From the NCBI GenBank assembly GCA_043228905.1, contig JBHGNT010000020.1, forward strand, positions 5,704,001 through 5,768,000: a stretch of 64,000 bases of DNA, in the 5' to 3' direction. Within the stretch, counting starts at the first letter, position 1. Every line of letters begins with the position of its first letter. Position numbers and translations under genes: made by a program. This document shows positions 23,238 through 37,396 of the stretch, piece by piece. This DNA is from Azolla caroliniana (taxonomy: Eukaryota; Plantae; Polypodiophyta). The notes under the pieces are model-generated. The model searched no databases. It saw nothing but the letters and a program-made list of their open reading frames with translations, and was not told where the DNA came from.

Positions 23238-24050
23238 TGTTAGATATAATCAATGATCAACCCCAAGTTGTAAATCTATCCCCATATGTGCTCTCGCCCC
23301 AAATGAGGAGCGACTAGTGTGCAACTCGACCATATGGGTCGATAAGGTGTTAATCTAAGAAACTGTAGATGCATAGGGCACAATGGATTTAAGAAAGAGT
23401 GAAATAGGTAATAGGATTGGCTAATCAAGTCAACTAGAATATTTTGTGGGCAAGTTACGATGTACTTAGTCTTGAAGTATGAGCCATTGACTTCAAGATA
23501 AGTACTATCTAGCACTAGCATGTATCTACGGAGTTGGATCAAATTAAATGAGAAGTCAGTTAACAGAAAAGGAATATCTCCACTACTATCAACTGATTTG
23601 CAAATTTAATGTTATACTCAGACCAAACATAGAATATAATCCACTTTCTTACATAGTGGTTGGCTTGATCGTCAGTCCCCACTAATTTTGTAGTGACCTG
23701 GTCGAGATCCCATCTAAGCTCTAAGGTGTGAGCGCATGGGTGACTACAATTGTGAGCTACTCTCATATGTAATAGAAGTTTTGTTTTTTCATATATCCAT
23801 CTCTAGTTGTAACTCTATATACCTATCAAATCGATTCTCAATATTTCTAACATGGTATCAGAGCTAAGAGGTTGATCTAGATTAGGTATATACGGGTAGT
23901 TGATATCTAGCAGCACAGAGAAATAGGGAGGGAGAGAGAGAGAGTATCAATGGCCTTGTCCACGACTGTTGCAACTGCCCCACAATGCATTCACACACCT
24001 CCATTCTCTAATGGAAAGCTATATACTCAGGTACTTAAAAGGCACTTCGG
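23238..24050 (+). mobile_element. LTR plus iMet PBS of a further truncated LTR element
   Basis: TGTTAG..CTAACA 23238-23852 followed by TGGTATCAGAGC; right end approximate. Confidence 0.75.
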
Positions 24051-25397
24051 GGGTATGCCTAAGGTATGGTGTCGGAAAACCCATGCTCGAAGGGTTTACT
24101 GATTCGGACATGTCGGGGGATGCAGACCATATCACACATTAAATAGCCGACGATTGAAGCATATGGTACTTTCTTCATCTCAGCCTTTTCTTTCTCCCCT
24201 CTCGAGCATTACTTAGCATTTAACTTGTATTTGGTCGGCAACACAAAGCTGACCGACTTTGCTTCCAACATGATGAACCTCTCTAGGATATTTGTCACAT
24301 AATTTTGTTGTGACAACCATAACACTTCCTTAGTTCTATCTCGAATTGTGCATCCTCAAGATTTGTTTAGCCTAGGGCTTTCTTTCAAGAAATCACCTTC
24401 TTCATAACTTTTGACAAACACACATTGATCATCCTGTGTTTCCTGGAACCAATATTCCATCATGAAGGATTCAAACTTCTTGTACCATTGGTGCGGAGCT
24501 TTCTTCTGACCATACAAGCTTTCCTTCAGTCGACACACTAGGTTCTCTTTTCCTTTCTCCTCAAAGCCTTTGGGCTGCTGCATGTAGATCTCTTCATCCA
24601 GCTCCCCATGCAAGAATGCCAGCTTGAGATCCAACTGTTCGATCTCTAGGTCCATGCTAGCAGCTATGCTCCGAACAGTTCAGATGAATGTCATCTTCAC
24701 GATTGGTGCGAATTTCTCACCGAAGTCGACACCCTTTTTTTGTTGGAACCCATTCACCACTATGCGGGATTTATACCTAAGCGTGTTGTCAACTTCTATG
24801 GTCTTCACCTTATAGACCCATTTGCTCCTGAGTGATCTCTTACCTTTCGGTAATTCTACCAGGTCGTATGTGTAGTTTTCATGCAAGGAGTCCATCTCGT
24901 CTTGCATTGCACTCAACCATCTTTCTCTGTGCTTGTCGTCAATGGCTTCGTCATAGCACTTTGGTTCACCTTCATCAGTCAAGAGGATGTATTGACTAAC
25001 ATATGTTGTCGTCATAGCACTCTGGTTCACCTTCTCTCTCTGAGAGGAAATCTCCTTCCATTCGTCGTGGCTCTGGCTTGGATGTCTCTACCAACTCTTC
25101 TCTCGGCTCAGGTTCATTCATGTCGATCGGTTGTTAGATGTCCACTGACTCTGATTCGTATTCTTCGATCGACTTCAACGGGTCCATCCACTCCGACTCA
25201 TAGGTAGGTTTCTCTAAGTCGATGAACTTCAATTCAACTCTTCCATCTAGCTGTCTCCAATTAACTGACTATGTCGAGTCAACTAGTCTTAAGGTGGTAG
25301 TCAAGGGCGATTGGGGAGTCGATTCCGACTTCTGTTTCTTCCAATCCTCAATTGTTTTGTCTTCCAAGAAGACTACATCCGGACTCCTCACCACCTT

Positions 25398-28300
25398 TGT
25401 TGGGAAATCAGTCTCTCCCGATGGGATCAGATGATGAATAAAGAGGACCCAGTGAGAACCGGAAGAAATCCGAAAACCGGAGGGGACCCGGTGAGAACAA
25501 GAAAAGAGCCTGTGAGAACTGGAAGAGAAGACATATTTATAAATATGTTTTGAGCAAGACTATTGACGCTATATTCGTAAATAGCCCTAAGTTCATATAA
25601 GTATAAATATGACGTAGGGCAATCACTTTGTAAGGTTGTTGTTGATATTGTTGTAGGTGTATAACTATTGTACAGAGAGCGACAGAGAGAGATAGAGAGT
25701 GAGTGAGATACAAAGAAATACGTTGTTGTAACCGCTGGTTGGCGAAGAAACAGAGCTCGAGGTTGTTGCCTTCGAGTCTCTGATTGTACCCCTTCTCTTC
25801 ATAGTGATAGTTGGAGTTTGTGGGCTCCCGTAATTTTTCCCATTCAGGGCTTTCCGCATAAACATCCTATGTATTTCCTTTGTGTACTCTCCACTTCCCA
25901 TTTCTATGTTTTTTTTTCATGCTCAGGAGAAGTGTTCAAGACTCGATTGTGGCCGAGCAATATTCTGCGCGATTCTCAACAAACTGGTATCAGAGCATAC
26001 AACACAGGAAATGGAAGAATCGTTTGGCAGCATGTTCAAGCTCACCGGCTCCAACTACTCCGTGTGGAAGTCGAAGATGAGGGATATGCTGGTGGTCAAA
26101 GATCTTTGGTTTCCGGTTCAGTTCGGTGACAAGAGACCGAATAAGATTGATGCTGTGATATGGGAGGTGATGCACATGAAGATGACGACGTATATTCGAT
26201 GCTTCATCGACATGAGCCTGTACAACAACTTCAATGAAGAGAGCAAGGCTCATGAACTCTGGGAGAAGATCGGCATCATGTTCCAGAACAAGAATGTTGT
26301 CAATCGGGTCTCGGTATTCCGGAAGCTAGTGAGGCTTTGGTACCAGGACGACTCCAGTATGGTGGAGCACATGAATGCCTTCCAGGGGCTGATACATCAA
26401 GCAACCTTGTTGGAAGTACCTCTCGCCGATGAGGTACTCACATTGCTCCTGCTTGGTTCCCTCCCGGATAGCTGGGAGACATTAGTTGTCACATTGAGCA
26501 ATGCCGGGCCAGAAGGAAAACAGTTGTCCTTAGCAAGGGTAAAATCAAGCTTGCTGGATGAAGAATCTCGCCGGAAGGACCGAGAGTCTAGAACCAATCT
26601 GAAGGCCTTGGTCACGGAAGATGACCACAACCGGGGAAGAGGCCAGTATCGGAGTCCCCAAAACCGGCATAAATCAGGGACGAGGTTGAAGTCAAGGGGG
26701 AGGGCCACGTGCTTCTATTGCAGGAAGCCGGGACACTACCAGAAGAATTGTCGACATTTCCGGAAAAAGAAGGAAATTGGCACCAAAGATTTGAAGAAGA
26801 GTTCGAACCGAAACGGTTCAGACCAGAAAGGCCTGGATCGGAAAGGAACGTCGACAATCGCGACAAATGAAGAAGAACTGATGCTCATCACTGAAGAGAA
26901 TGAGTTAAACCTTGTTGGCGACGAGACAACGTGGGTTGTCGATTCCGGAGCGTCGTTCCACCTGACACCGGACCGGAGATGCTTCTCATCCTACACAACC
27001 GGTGATCATGGTTGTGTTAGGATGGGGAATGAAGGGACATGCCGAATTATCGGCATAGGAGATGTGCTGTTGACAAGATCAACCAGATGCAAGCTGTTGC
27101 TGAAGGATGTCTGACACGTTCCGGAGGTTCGATTGAACCTGATATCAGCCGACCGACTAGATGATGAAGGCTACACGAGTAGCATCCGGAACGGAGTCAT
27201 GAAGTTCAACAAAGGGAGTCTAATAGTGGCTCGAGCCCGGAAGGTCAACACACTATACTTAATGCATGCCCGGATATGCCGGGAAGAAGTGAATGTAGCA
27301 TCTGACACAGCCGGTGAGCTGTGGGACAAAAGACTTTGTCACATGAGTGAGAAGGGGATGAAAAGGCTTGCCGAAGATAACCTCATTCTGGTGAAGGACG
27401 TGCAACTTGAGAAATGCACCGAATGCTTGGTCGGCAAGCAAAACCGCACCTCCTTCCGGTCAAGACCACAGATGAGATGGAATGCACCACTAGAGCTGGT
27501 GCATACCGATGTGTGTCAAGTGGACACGAAGTCACATGCTGGATCACAGTACTTCATGACGTTCATAGATGACCACATCCGGAAGCTGTCGGTCTCACCA
27601 TTGAAGAAGAAAGATCGGGTGCTATATGTCTTCAAGGAGCCTCACGCAAGAGTGGAAAGAGAAACTGGCCGGAAGCTGAAGGCGGTTCGAGTAGATAATG
27701 GAGGAGAATACCAGGGGCAGTTCGAGGAGTACTGCCAGTCGAAGGGAATCCAGCTCGAATTTACCGTGCCAAAGACGCCAGAACTAAAAAGGTTGGCCGA
27801 AAGGATGAACCGGACCATAATGGAGAGAGAAAGTTACCCAAGACGTTTTAGGCTGAGGCGCTGATGACGACGAACTATGTGATAAATAGATCACCCTCAG
27901 CACCCTTGGAAGGAGACTCACCTCAGAAAGTATGGACCGGGAAAGATGTATCTTACCGGCATCTGAAGGTGTTCGGGTGTCTCGCATATGTGCATGTTGC
28001 AAAGGACAAGAGAGCAAAGTTGGATCTGAAGTCCCGACCATGCATATTCCTTGGATACGGCGATGGTGAGTTTGGTTACCAGGTGTGGGATCTGGTCGAA
28101 AAGGTGTTATGGAGTCGGGACATAGTCTTCATGGAAGACAGAACCATTGCTGACTGGGAGTCGGAGAAGAAGGTGATGAACTCCGGATCATTCAATGAAA
28201 ACCAGCTCGAGGAGACAAGGACTTACCCAGTTGAAATCCGGTCGCTAGCCGGTAACCGAATGACACTTGACGAACCGTCCGGATACGGACAAGAAACCGA

Positions 28301-28665
28301 ACCGACTGAAGAAGAAGAAGAAGAAGAAGACACCGAAGCCAAACAAGATCCTGAATTGGATTCGGATGAGGAACAAACGGAAGAACCGACAGTCAGAAAC
28401 CAGGGACGGAGATATCCTCTCTAAGAGAGAAGAGCCCCCCCAGAGATTTTCGGATGCAGAGCATGTGTTGCTAACCGATGAGGGGGAGCCAGAAAGTTCG
28501 AAGAAGCAAAGAGAGACAACCACAGCCGTAAGTAGTTGAGTGCCATGCAGGATGAGATGGATTCCCTGCATAAAAACTGTAAAAAGAATAACGTGCGGAA
28601 GCAACAGAAAACCGAATGTAGGAAAAACATAGGTTTAATGGAAAGGTTGGACACACACAGTACGC

Positions 28666-28708
<43 letters not shown>

Positions 28709-30835
28709 CACACAACTCTCTTCAAAATAATAATACTCAATTTGTACATATGATGTGCTCAATGAGCACTTTTATACAGGTCCATACGGACTGACAGAAG
28801 TACTGACACGTACTTCAATGCTCATAAATGATCTCTACACTAACTCCCAAAATATATTCCTATGCGTAATATCTTTCCAACGGCCTCACGGTTTACACAC
28901 CGCTATGGCTTCTTGTTGTGCACCAGTTTGCGCACCGGTTTACGCACCCGGTTATGCACCGGTCCGGCCTAACCGATCGGTCCGAACCGATCCGGTTCTC
29001 GGCTTGCATAGCCAATTCGGCCAATGTTGAGCTTGTATCTCAACACTCCCCCTCAAGCCCAACTTGAGGCTCTTCAGGTTCTTCCGGATCACCACTCCGG
29101 TTTCTTCTGGCTTCACGCCTTGCTCACGCTCCTCGTCCTGGTCGATTCCGCGCGCCTCGACCCTTCCGGTCACTGTGTGTGCTTGTGTGGCCCTTCTTAG
29201 CTCCCTTGCTGTCGCGGTGTTGGCGCCTCTTTGGTTGCCCTTTCTTCCGCTTCGCCCTCGGTTGATTCGGCATCTCCAAATCAAACATCCGAACCGAATT
29301 AGTTACCTCTGATCGGTTTTTTCTCTCGTCCGAGTTGGCTTCATCTCCCCCATACTTGGCTGGCTTCGGCTCTTTCTTTTGACTGCTTCGCTCACGTCTG
29401 CTTTCAGACTCTTTCGCGGATCTGCCCTGGGCTTCTTCAGCCGACCTGAATTTGAATTCATCATCCGACTCGGCATCACAATCTCTTCCGCTCCTTTCCT
29501 GCTCCTTTCCGTGGTCTTTTGGGACTTCTCACCCCCTCAAGTTCGGGACATCGAGGCGTCGCAACCCAAGCCCACCTGAGAATTGCCGCAACTTGTCGAG
29601 ACCAAGGGGCTTGGTGAAAATGTCGGCGGTCTGCCGATCCGTCGGAACAAACTAAAGTGCACCTCAATGTGCTTAGTCCGGGCGTGGAAGACAGGATTCT
29701 TTGCTAACTAGATGCTGTTGAGGTTGTCGCGGTAGATCGTCGTCGGGTCGAACACCTCCACCTGCAGATCCTTAAGTAGCTGTTTCAGCCAGATGGCTTC
29801 GCATGTTGTGACAACCGCTCCTCTATACTCGGCTTTGGTGCTCGACAATGCAACTGTCAATTGCTTCTTGCTACTCCACGCGATCATGGTGCTCCCAAGG
29901 GAGAACGTGAATCCAGATGTGGATTGGCGACCACCGGCATTTCTGGCCCAATCAACATCTGTGTAGCCGACTAATTGGGTGGCAGTATTAGTTCGATATA
30001 GTAGCCCCCAGTCCTTAGTTCCATTGATGTACCGGAGTACGCATTGTGCGCATTAAAGGTGCTCCTCGGTTGGCCGTGCCATGAACTTACGAATCACACC
30101 GACCGGGTAACTGACGTTTGGTCGAGTGATAGTCAAGTATATGAGGCTTCCGACAATCTATCAGAACCTCTTCGGGTCACAAACCTTTCCGGAGTCGGGG
30201 CGAAGCTTGACAGTTCTATCCAGAAGAGTCAAGACAGACTTACAATCTGCCATCCCGAACTTGAAGAGCATACACAACACGTAATGTCGTTGGCTGATGA
30301 GTATGCCTTCAGGGGTACGGATCACTTCGATCCCGAGGAAGTAATGAAGGTCCCCCAGGTCCTTAATGTCAAATGATGCCGCAAGCTAGAGCTTTACGCG
30401 GTCAATTTCACCTAGGTCGGCGTCGGTGATGACCAAGTCATCAACATAAAGTAAAATACTAACCAACCCGAGTCGACCTTTCCGAATGAACAGTGAAGAG
30501 TCCGATTTGGACGTCGCAAATCCCATCCGACGCAATCACTGCGTGATTTTCGCATTCCAAGCACGCGGGCCTTGCTTTAGTCTGTAAAGGGACTTCTTCA
30601 ACCGGCAGACCGCTGAGGTGTTCATTCCGAAGTGAAATATGGGGGGTTCTACCATGTACACCAGTTCCTCAAGCTCGCCTTGCAGGAATGCATTCTTGAC
30701 ATCCATCTGATGTAAATGCCACCCCTTCACCGAATCTACTGCAAGCAAAACACGGACGGTTGTCATCTTTGCGACCGGTGGAGACGTCTCATAGACTCGG
30801 TTGTGGCTGAGCAATATTCTGCGCCATTCTCAACA
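25398..30835 (+). mobile_element. Ty1/copia F (Tnt1/Tork-like), internally deleted
   Basis: 5' LTR 25398-25981, PBS 25985-25996, gag-PR-IN 26011-28424; last ~45 bp of the 3' LTR at 30790-30835; TSD ACCTT on both sides. Confidence 0.92.
28578..30790 (-). mobile_element. Ty1/copia H 3' fragment (A-like family)
   Basis: LTR 28578-29045, PPT CTTGAGGGGGAG, RNase H and RT fragments (QMDVKNAFL). Confidence 0.87.
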
Positions 30836-32026
30836 ACCTTTTTATCGACCAAATCCCATAGCTTATAGCTGAACTCGTCCTCCGAGTATCCCATGAATAT
30901 GCTTGGTTTCGACTTACTATCGAGCTTCGACCTCGGATCCTTAGCCACATGCATATACGATAAACATTCGAACACCCACCTTTTTGTGTCCACACCCTCT
31001 GTGGGACATCACCTTTCAATGGTATTGAGAGGGCCCTGTCGATCAGGTAAACATCTGTAAGCATCGCCTCAGCCCAATAGGATTTCGACAATTTAGCATG
31101 AGAGAGCATGCTCCTTACTCTCGCCATGATTGTTCAATTCATCCTCTCTACAAGCCCATTCAACTCAGGGTTTTTGGTACAATGTATTTGATTCGAATAC
31201 CTTGGGCCTTGTAGTATTCCTGAAATTTCCCTTTATATTTGCCACCATTGTCGCCTCGGATAGCCTTCAACTTCCGACCAGACTCCCCTTCAGCTCTTGC
31301 CTGGAACTCCTTGAAAGCTCACAACTTCTGACTGTTGTCATCGATGAAAGTCACAAAGTACTATCCGCCTCAATGCGACGACAAATCCACAAAACACACA
31401 TCCGTGTGTACTAGTTCTAGTGGCACTTCTCTTCTTCTTGGTTGTCTTGAGTGGAATGTTGCTCTATTCTGCTTTCCAACTAAGCAGTCGGCGCACTTCT
31501 CAAGGTGCACTCCCTTTACTTATGGTAGAAGTTACTGGTCGGCTAATAGATGCAAACCCTTCTCACTCATGTGGCCTAGCCTCTTATGCCATATCTGTCC
31601 TGTCGAGTTGGCCACCACATTCACTTCGGACTTGCACAGTCGAGCATGCATCATATACACTGTGCCTTCTTTTTGTGCTCGAGCCACTATGAGGTTTCCT
31701 CGACAGAACTTCCACTTTGCATTACGAAAGCTACCACTATAGCCTTCGTCCTCCATCTTTCCAGTCGATATTAGATTCAACCTAATATCAGGGATGTGTC
31801 GAACATCCTTCAGAGTTAGTCGGCACCCTATCGACGTCGTCAAGCAAACACTTCCGACTCTGACTACCTTGCACTCTCCAATATCATGCATCTTTACATA
31901 GCCATGATCATCGGCTATGTAAGTCGAGAAATACTCTTTCGACGGAGTTATATGGAAAGATACATCGGAGTCGATCACCCAAATGCATTCTTCACTTGCA
32001 AGATTTGCAATTGCCTGTTCACAAAT

Positions 32027-32381
32027 GAACATGAGTTCTTCATTGCTCAAAGAAATGGCCGAAGTGCTCTTTTCATCAGGAATCTGCCTGGGTTCGACAT
32101 TATTACCGACACTCTTGTCCTTCTAAAGATGTAGGTAGTGCTTCTGGAAATGTCCAGGCTTTCCACAATAAAAGCATGTTAGCTTACCTCTGGACTTCGA
32201 TCTTCATTTGAACAGGAGTTCTTCATTGCTCGAAGAAATGGCTGAAGTGCTCTTTTCATTAGGAATCTGCCTGGGTTCGACATTATTACCGACACTCTTG
32301 TCCTTCTTAAGATGTAGGTAGTGCTTCTAGAAATGTCCAGGCTTTCCACAATAAAAGCATGTTAGCTTACCTCTGGACTTC
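32027..32381. repeat. ~180-bp tandem duplication of the copia I zinc-knuckle region
   Basis: TGAACATGAGTTCTTCATTGCTC..TTACCTCTGGACTTC occurs twice (from 32027 and about 32208). Confidence 0.85.
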
Positions 32382-32886
32382 AGTCTGGCGTGGGATTTTT
32401 CCTTCTTCTGTGGACTTCTTTGCCGGTTCCTCCCTCTGTCCGAATGTTGTGACACATTTACATCTGAATGAGATAGGACACCCTTGTCCTTCCTTCTCGC
32501 TTTCTCATTCAGGATGCTTGTCTTCACCACTTGTAAAGACAAGTTCTCTTCTTGACAGGAGGTGTTGAGAGTAACCACCAACTTCTCCTAGCTATTTGGC
32601 AATGTGCATGTTAGTAGGATGGTCTGCATCACATCATCAAGGGGAAACTTGGTTGCAACAAGTTTATTTACATACCCCATGAATGTGCTTATGTGTTCGA
32701 CGATGCTCTCACTGTCTCTGTATTTCAGTCGTAAGATCTTTCTAATCAGTGAGGTTTTATTTAGGGTGTTCTTCCTCTCGTATAGACCTGATAGCTTCTA
32801 CCACATCTCGTGGGCATTTGTGTTGTTCGCCACATGTTGAGGACACTTACATCGATGCACTATCTGATGGTGGCCACCACCTTTCT

Positions 32887-33087
32887 TGTTACGGTCATGA
32901 CCATATAATATCTTGTGGTGAGAATTTACCGTAGTATTCTTTACACGGGCATGACCATATAATATCCCGTGGTGAGAATTTACCGTAGTATTCTATACAC
33001 GTGGATAAGTGTGAGGGTTAAACGAGAGTGTAAAGAATACTACGGTAAATTCTCACCATGGGATATTATATGGTCATGCCCATAACA
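32887..33087. mobile_element. 201-bp non-autonomous TIR element (MITE) with TGT..ACA ends
   Basis: 60-bp TIRs (32887-32946 / 33028-33087, 5 mismatches), TSD TTTCT; excision restores host gag FLSRKVVATIR. Confidence 0.88.
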
Positions 33088-33599
33088 TTTCTGCTAAGAA
33101 ATTTCCATTCCGACTCTAATACCCTCATGGGTATTTCTGCTATATCGATCGACTCGTACAGGTCTGTGACTATGAGAAGGTCCTTCATCTTTATCTTCCA
33201 GTCTGCATAGTTCTGTGAGTTTAGTCCTATCATACCTGGGAAGTCGCTCACACCTCCTTCCATGCTTGAACCTCAAGCTCTAATACCATTTTTTCAAGAA
33301 ATGAATCGTTAATCCACAAGAAGAATACGCTGAGAATACACAAGTCGAAACACACACAAAACAATGCACACAAATTTTACGTGGAAACCCTGAACAAGGG
33401 AAAAACCATGGGAATAGAGCTTCACTATATAGTGGATATACAAATGGAGAAGATTACAACACTCTTTGTGGAGTGTATCAGCCTCACAAGGCTCTTGGTG
33501 CCTGCTATTACACACATAGCTATGGTGCCGCTCTCTCATGCATGCGCTTCACTATTTTACACCATACACAACACATTCTTCTCGAGTCGATATGCGGAA

Positions 33600-34221
33600 A
33601 ACCATTAATCTCGGAGAGTTGCTTTAACTTGTCGAGGCCGAGTACTTTGGTGAAGATGTCAGCTGCTTGCCCATCAATCCAAACAAAGTGCAATTGAACT
33701 TCTCCACTGAGGACATGCTCACGTACAAAATGATAATGTACCTCTATGTGCTTTGTGCGGGCATGAAAGAAAAGATGCTTGGCAAGCTGAATATTGTTCA
33801 TGTTGTCGCCGTAAATGGGAATAGGGTTGGCAACTTCAACCTGTAAGTCCCGTAGTAGCCTCTTTAACTAGAGTGCCTCACACGTGGTGACAATTGCCCC
33901 TTGGTATTCCACTTCTGTGCTGGAGAGCGCCACATTTGGTTGCTTCTTACTACACCAAGAGGTCGCCACGGCCTATGGAGAACATGAAGCCTTATGTTGA
34001 TTGCCGATCAGTCACATCTCTAGCCCAATCGGAGTCTATATAGCCGACTAGCTGGTTGGCAGCCCCATACTTTTATAGGAGTCCACGATCAATAGTGCCG
34101 CCAACATATCATAATATTCGCTACGCACACTCCATGTTTTCGATTGTGGGCTTCTGCATGAATTGACTGATCAACCCAACAAGATAACTTAGATCCGGTC
34201 GAGTGATTGTTAAGTAGTTCA
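33600..34221 (-). mobile_element. Ty1/copia RT/RNase H fragment
   Basis: YLTITRPDLSY.., FHARTKHIEVHYHFVRE with stops. Confidence 0.82.
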
Positions 34222-36519
34222 TGTTGGCCGGTACGGACGACCAAGTGTAAAAAGTGCGGATAATAGTTACGAAGCGAAAGAGGAGTGGGTAGGATCGAGT
34301 AATTATAGAAGTAGGAAAAGGGGAGTCGAAAAATAGTAAAGTTATTGAATAGGGAGCAACGGTTCACGCACAACCATAATCGTCCATGAGCCCTATAGAA
34401 AGGGCCATGGGAAGAATGTAAACGGTAATTCAACATTTTGTATATTTTTGTGCTTATAATAGATTTTTGTTGCCTCTAATACCTTGAGTTTAAATCTGTG
34501 TTATAATTCCTCTATGTTGAGTTTCCATGCTCTATGTAATCATGTGTCTACAATCAGTTGTAGCCGGCTTGTTCATCTCCACAGTTGCGCAGCCTCAGTT
34601 CGATTCCTATGTAATCTTCTACTGTTCAAAACCTTCGAACAACTCCTAGTGCAGTACACTTCACTATTCCCAAACACAATACCTTGAGTCGAATAGCGAA
34701 AGGACCAGTTATTTGATCATGTTATCCTAGGTAGATAACACTTTTGGCACGCCTAGTTGATCTGTGAGCACACAGAAGAACATCGGGGAATGAATGTCGT
34801 CTAACCAAAAGGAAGGAAGGAGACGGCATGTCGAGGCAAACCCCCAACTAGGGCAGAATGCCGACTTGTGGCAGAGCTCGCGACGACAACATCGCAACTT
34901 GACACCCTCTTATTGTTACCTGTAGGAGTATACATGGAGGCATAAGGAGTCGAACACGATAACGTGGTTGGTGTGTATGTGTAATGTGTATGAGTGTGTG
35001 AGGATGAGTATGTGTATGAACACACGCACATTTGTGTGTATGTGTACAAAAGTGAGACAATGGGTCAGTAATGTAACTCCTTTCTTGTCTCATTCTTTTG
35101 TAACACTTACCTTTTGTAACTTCCTTAATGCAAGCCCTACCGCGAGACGACGAATACTGGTTTCGATAGGCTATTCAGTGCACCATCTACCTCAACCCGG
35201 GGCACTCGGCTTTCAAATGTAACATGTGGGTGCATTGCCCAATTTGCCACTCTAGGGCACATACGGTGGATCAATGCGAATATAAGCTCTTGAATCAACC
35301 TACGATGCTGGTTCAGCGAATCGAACCACAGAACAACAACAAGTGGTCGAATGATCGGTTCGCCAGGATGAGGTGAACGTCGAACCATGCGATAGGAAAG
35401 CACAACAACATCGTTGACGTCGACAACGCGGACGGATGAAGCCACTACGTAGGAAGACCCAATTTGGCAAGCCCTAACTGACTGCCAAATAACAATGGCT
35501 ATGAGCAAGCTCTTAAACCTCGTCCCTAGATTCGGTAGACGATGGAAGCGTGAATGCATAAAGCAAACACAGTAACTGTTCCAACCAATTTTACGGAATC
35601 TATAGGATGGCCTATAGTGGTCGATCACCACAACCCTGCCATTAAGAGCATATTACACAAGGAAGAAATATCGGGACGTATTATTGATGGCGGCTTCAGA
35701 GTCAATGTCATCAGCCAAGCTACCTACAATCGCCTGGGCATCGTAAATTGGGAAGCATGCCATTTTGGCTTTGCATGGAGGATAATAGATCCGTTCGACC
35801 ATTGTGGCTATTGCAGAAACTACCAATTGTCGTCGGTGGACATATGTTCGCAATATTGGCGGTAGTATTGGCTCTCAATGCCCCTGGAGCATACACCCTA
35901 CTTCTGGGACGACAACATTAAGCAGAACTGGCAATACAAAAACACTAGCTTTTGTTGAGGCCGAACGAAAATTCGGGTGCCAACTCAGGAGAGTGCAGTC
36001 CCAACAAAAGCAATGACTCTGTTATACGCGGAGCAAATAAACATATTGGAAGGACTGGATGACAAGGAATTGGATAACTATTTGGAAGAACCCTTGTATC
36101 ATCCCTTTGTTTTAACTCGACATCATCGAAACAGCCAACCCGTACACCACCCTTGTGGCGGTCGGTGAACATGAATGTGAACCGGGCACTGAAGCGCTGA
36201 TGGGGCTCCATAGGGCATATGACGCATTCGAAAGAGAGATGGAGATTTCCTGACGAGTCACGACATCATCGTTAGAAGAAATCAATGTTGGAACCACTGA
36301 AGAACCGTGACCACTCTCAATTGCGAAGGATTTACCACCTTATGAGAAGACGGCCATGATCAAGTTGCTATGAGAGTAGAAAGATGTGTTCGCATTGTCA
36401 CACAAAGATATGAAAGGGCTAGATCTGAAATTTTACCAGCACCAGATCAACCTCTCGATGGATGCGAAGCCAGTCCAACAACGTCGATATCAAATGAACC
36501 TGAATTACGCGGTTCGCGT

Positions 36520-37396
36520 TGTCGTGGTTTTCCGTGTGTATGTGTCGAAACGGGGCGGGACCACGTGGGTATCAAATGAAAGAGCTGATGTTAGTAGGAA
36601 TTTCTTCCGTATATATTCGCCGGATCGGTTACCGGTCTCGTACCCAGTGTCGCGGTATCCGGACGCGTATCAGATCCAGAACTATACCTAGATCTCGACC
36701 GGTTGGCGCATAGGACTGAAGTAGTGTATTGTTCTAGACAGGATGCCAGAAAGCAGCGATGAGCTCACGAGCTTAGGTCGCGGAAAACATCCCACAGGTA
36801 GGAACAATGCAGGGATCTCTAAATAGAAGAAGAGACCCAACAAATACTAATGATTAATAGAGAACCCGAAAGAGTACAATCAAGAACAGAGCTTCTAGCT
36901 CTACACACCTACACACAAAATGATGAACCTCTGGTCGGGATGTCACGGGCTTCCTACGCAAGTAGAGGCTTCACCTTCTTCCTTGCATCAATACAAAGCA
37001 CAAGAGAGAGGGGGCAGAGCTCGGCACCCAAACCAACATCACTTTGTCCTCCCAATCTAGGATCCCCCGAATAGTCTCAACCCATCCCCCCTCCCTTTAT
37101 AGGACAAAGGGGAGGTCGTTACATCACCAATAAAGACAATCACTTTCTATCCTCCCTGATTCTCTCCTCGATCTACTCTCCTCGATCTCCTCCCCTCAAT
37201 CACCTTTATTCGTCTACTTTTGTGACCATAAAGTGTTTGTCAAGCACACCTACCTAGTATTTATCAACACTTAAACTAATACTACTCTATTTACATGCGT
37301 TTGTATATAGAGATCATTTTCGTGTACATATGTGCACACGCCCGTTCACACATACCCGACCCCATCCTCATCCTATGGCCGGAATCCTTTGTGACA
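36520..37396 (-). repeat. Solo LTR of the TGTCG..GACA gypsy lineage (877 bp)
   Basis: TGTCGTGG..GTGACA flanked by GCGT/ACGT; TATA CCTATAAAGG on minus about 37095-37104. Confidence 0.8.

Larger units (their letters stand above)
24130..33600 (-). mobile_element. Ty1/copia I (Tnt1/Tork-like), decayed; host of F, H and the TIR element
   Basis: PBS about 33277-33288, gag 32300-33263, protease/integrase 30840-32050, RT 24130-25030; WDLVDKKVVRS rejoined across the F insertion; ends approximate. Confidence 0.85.
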
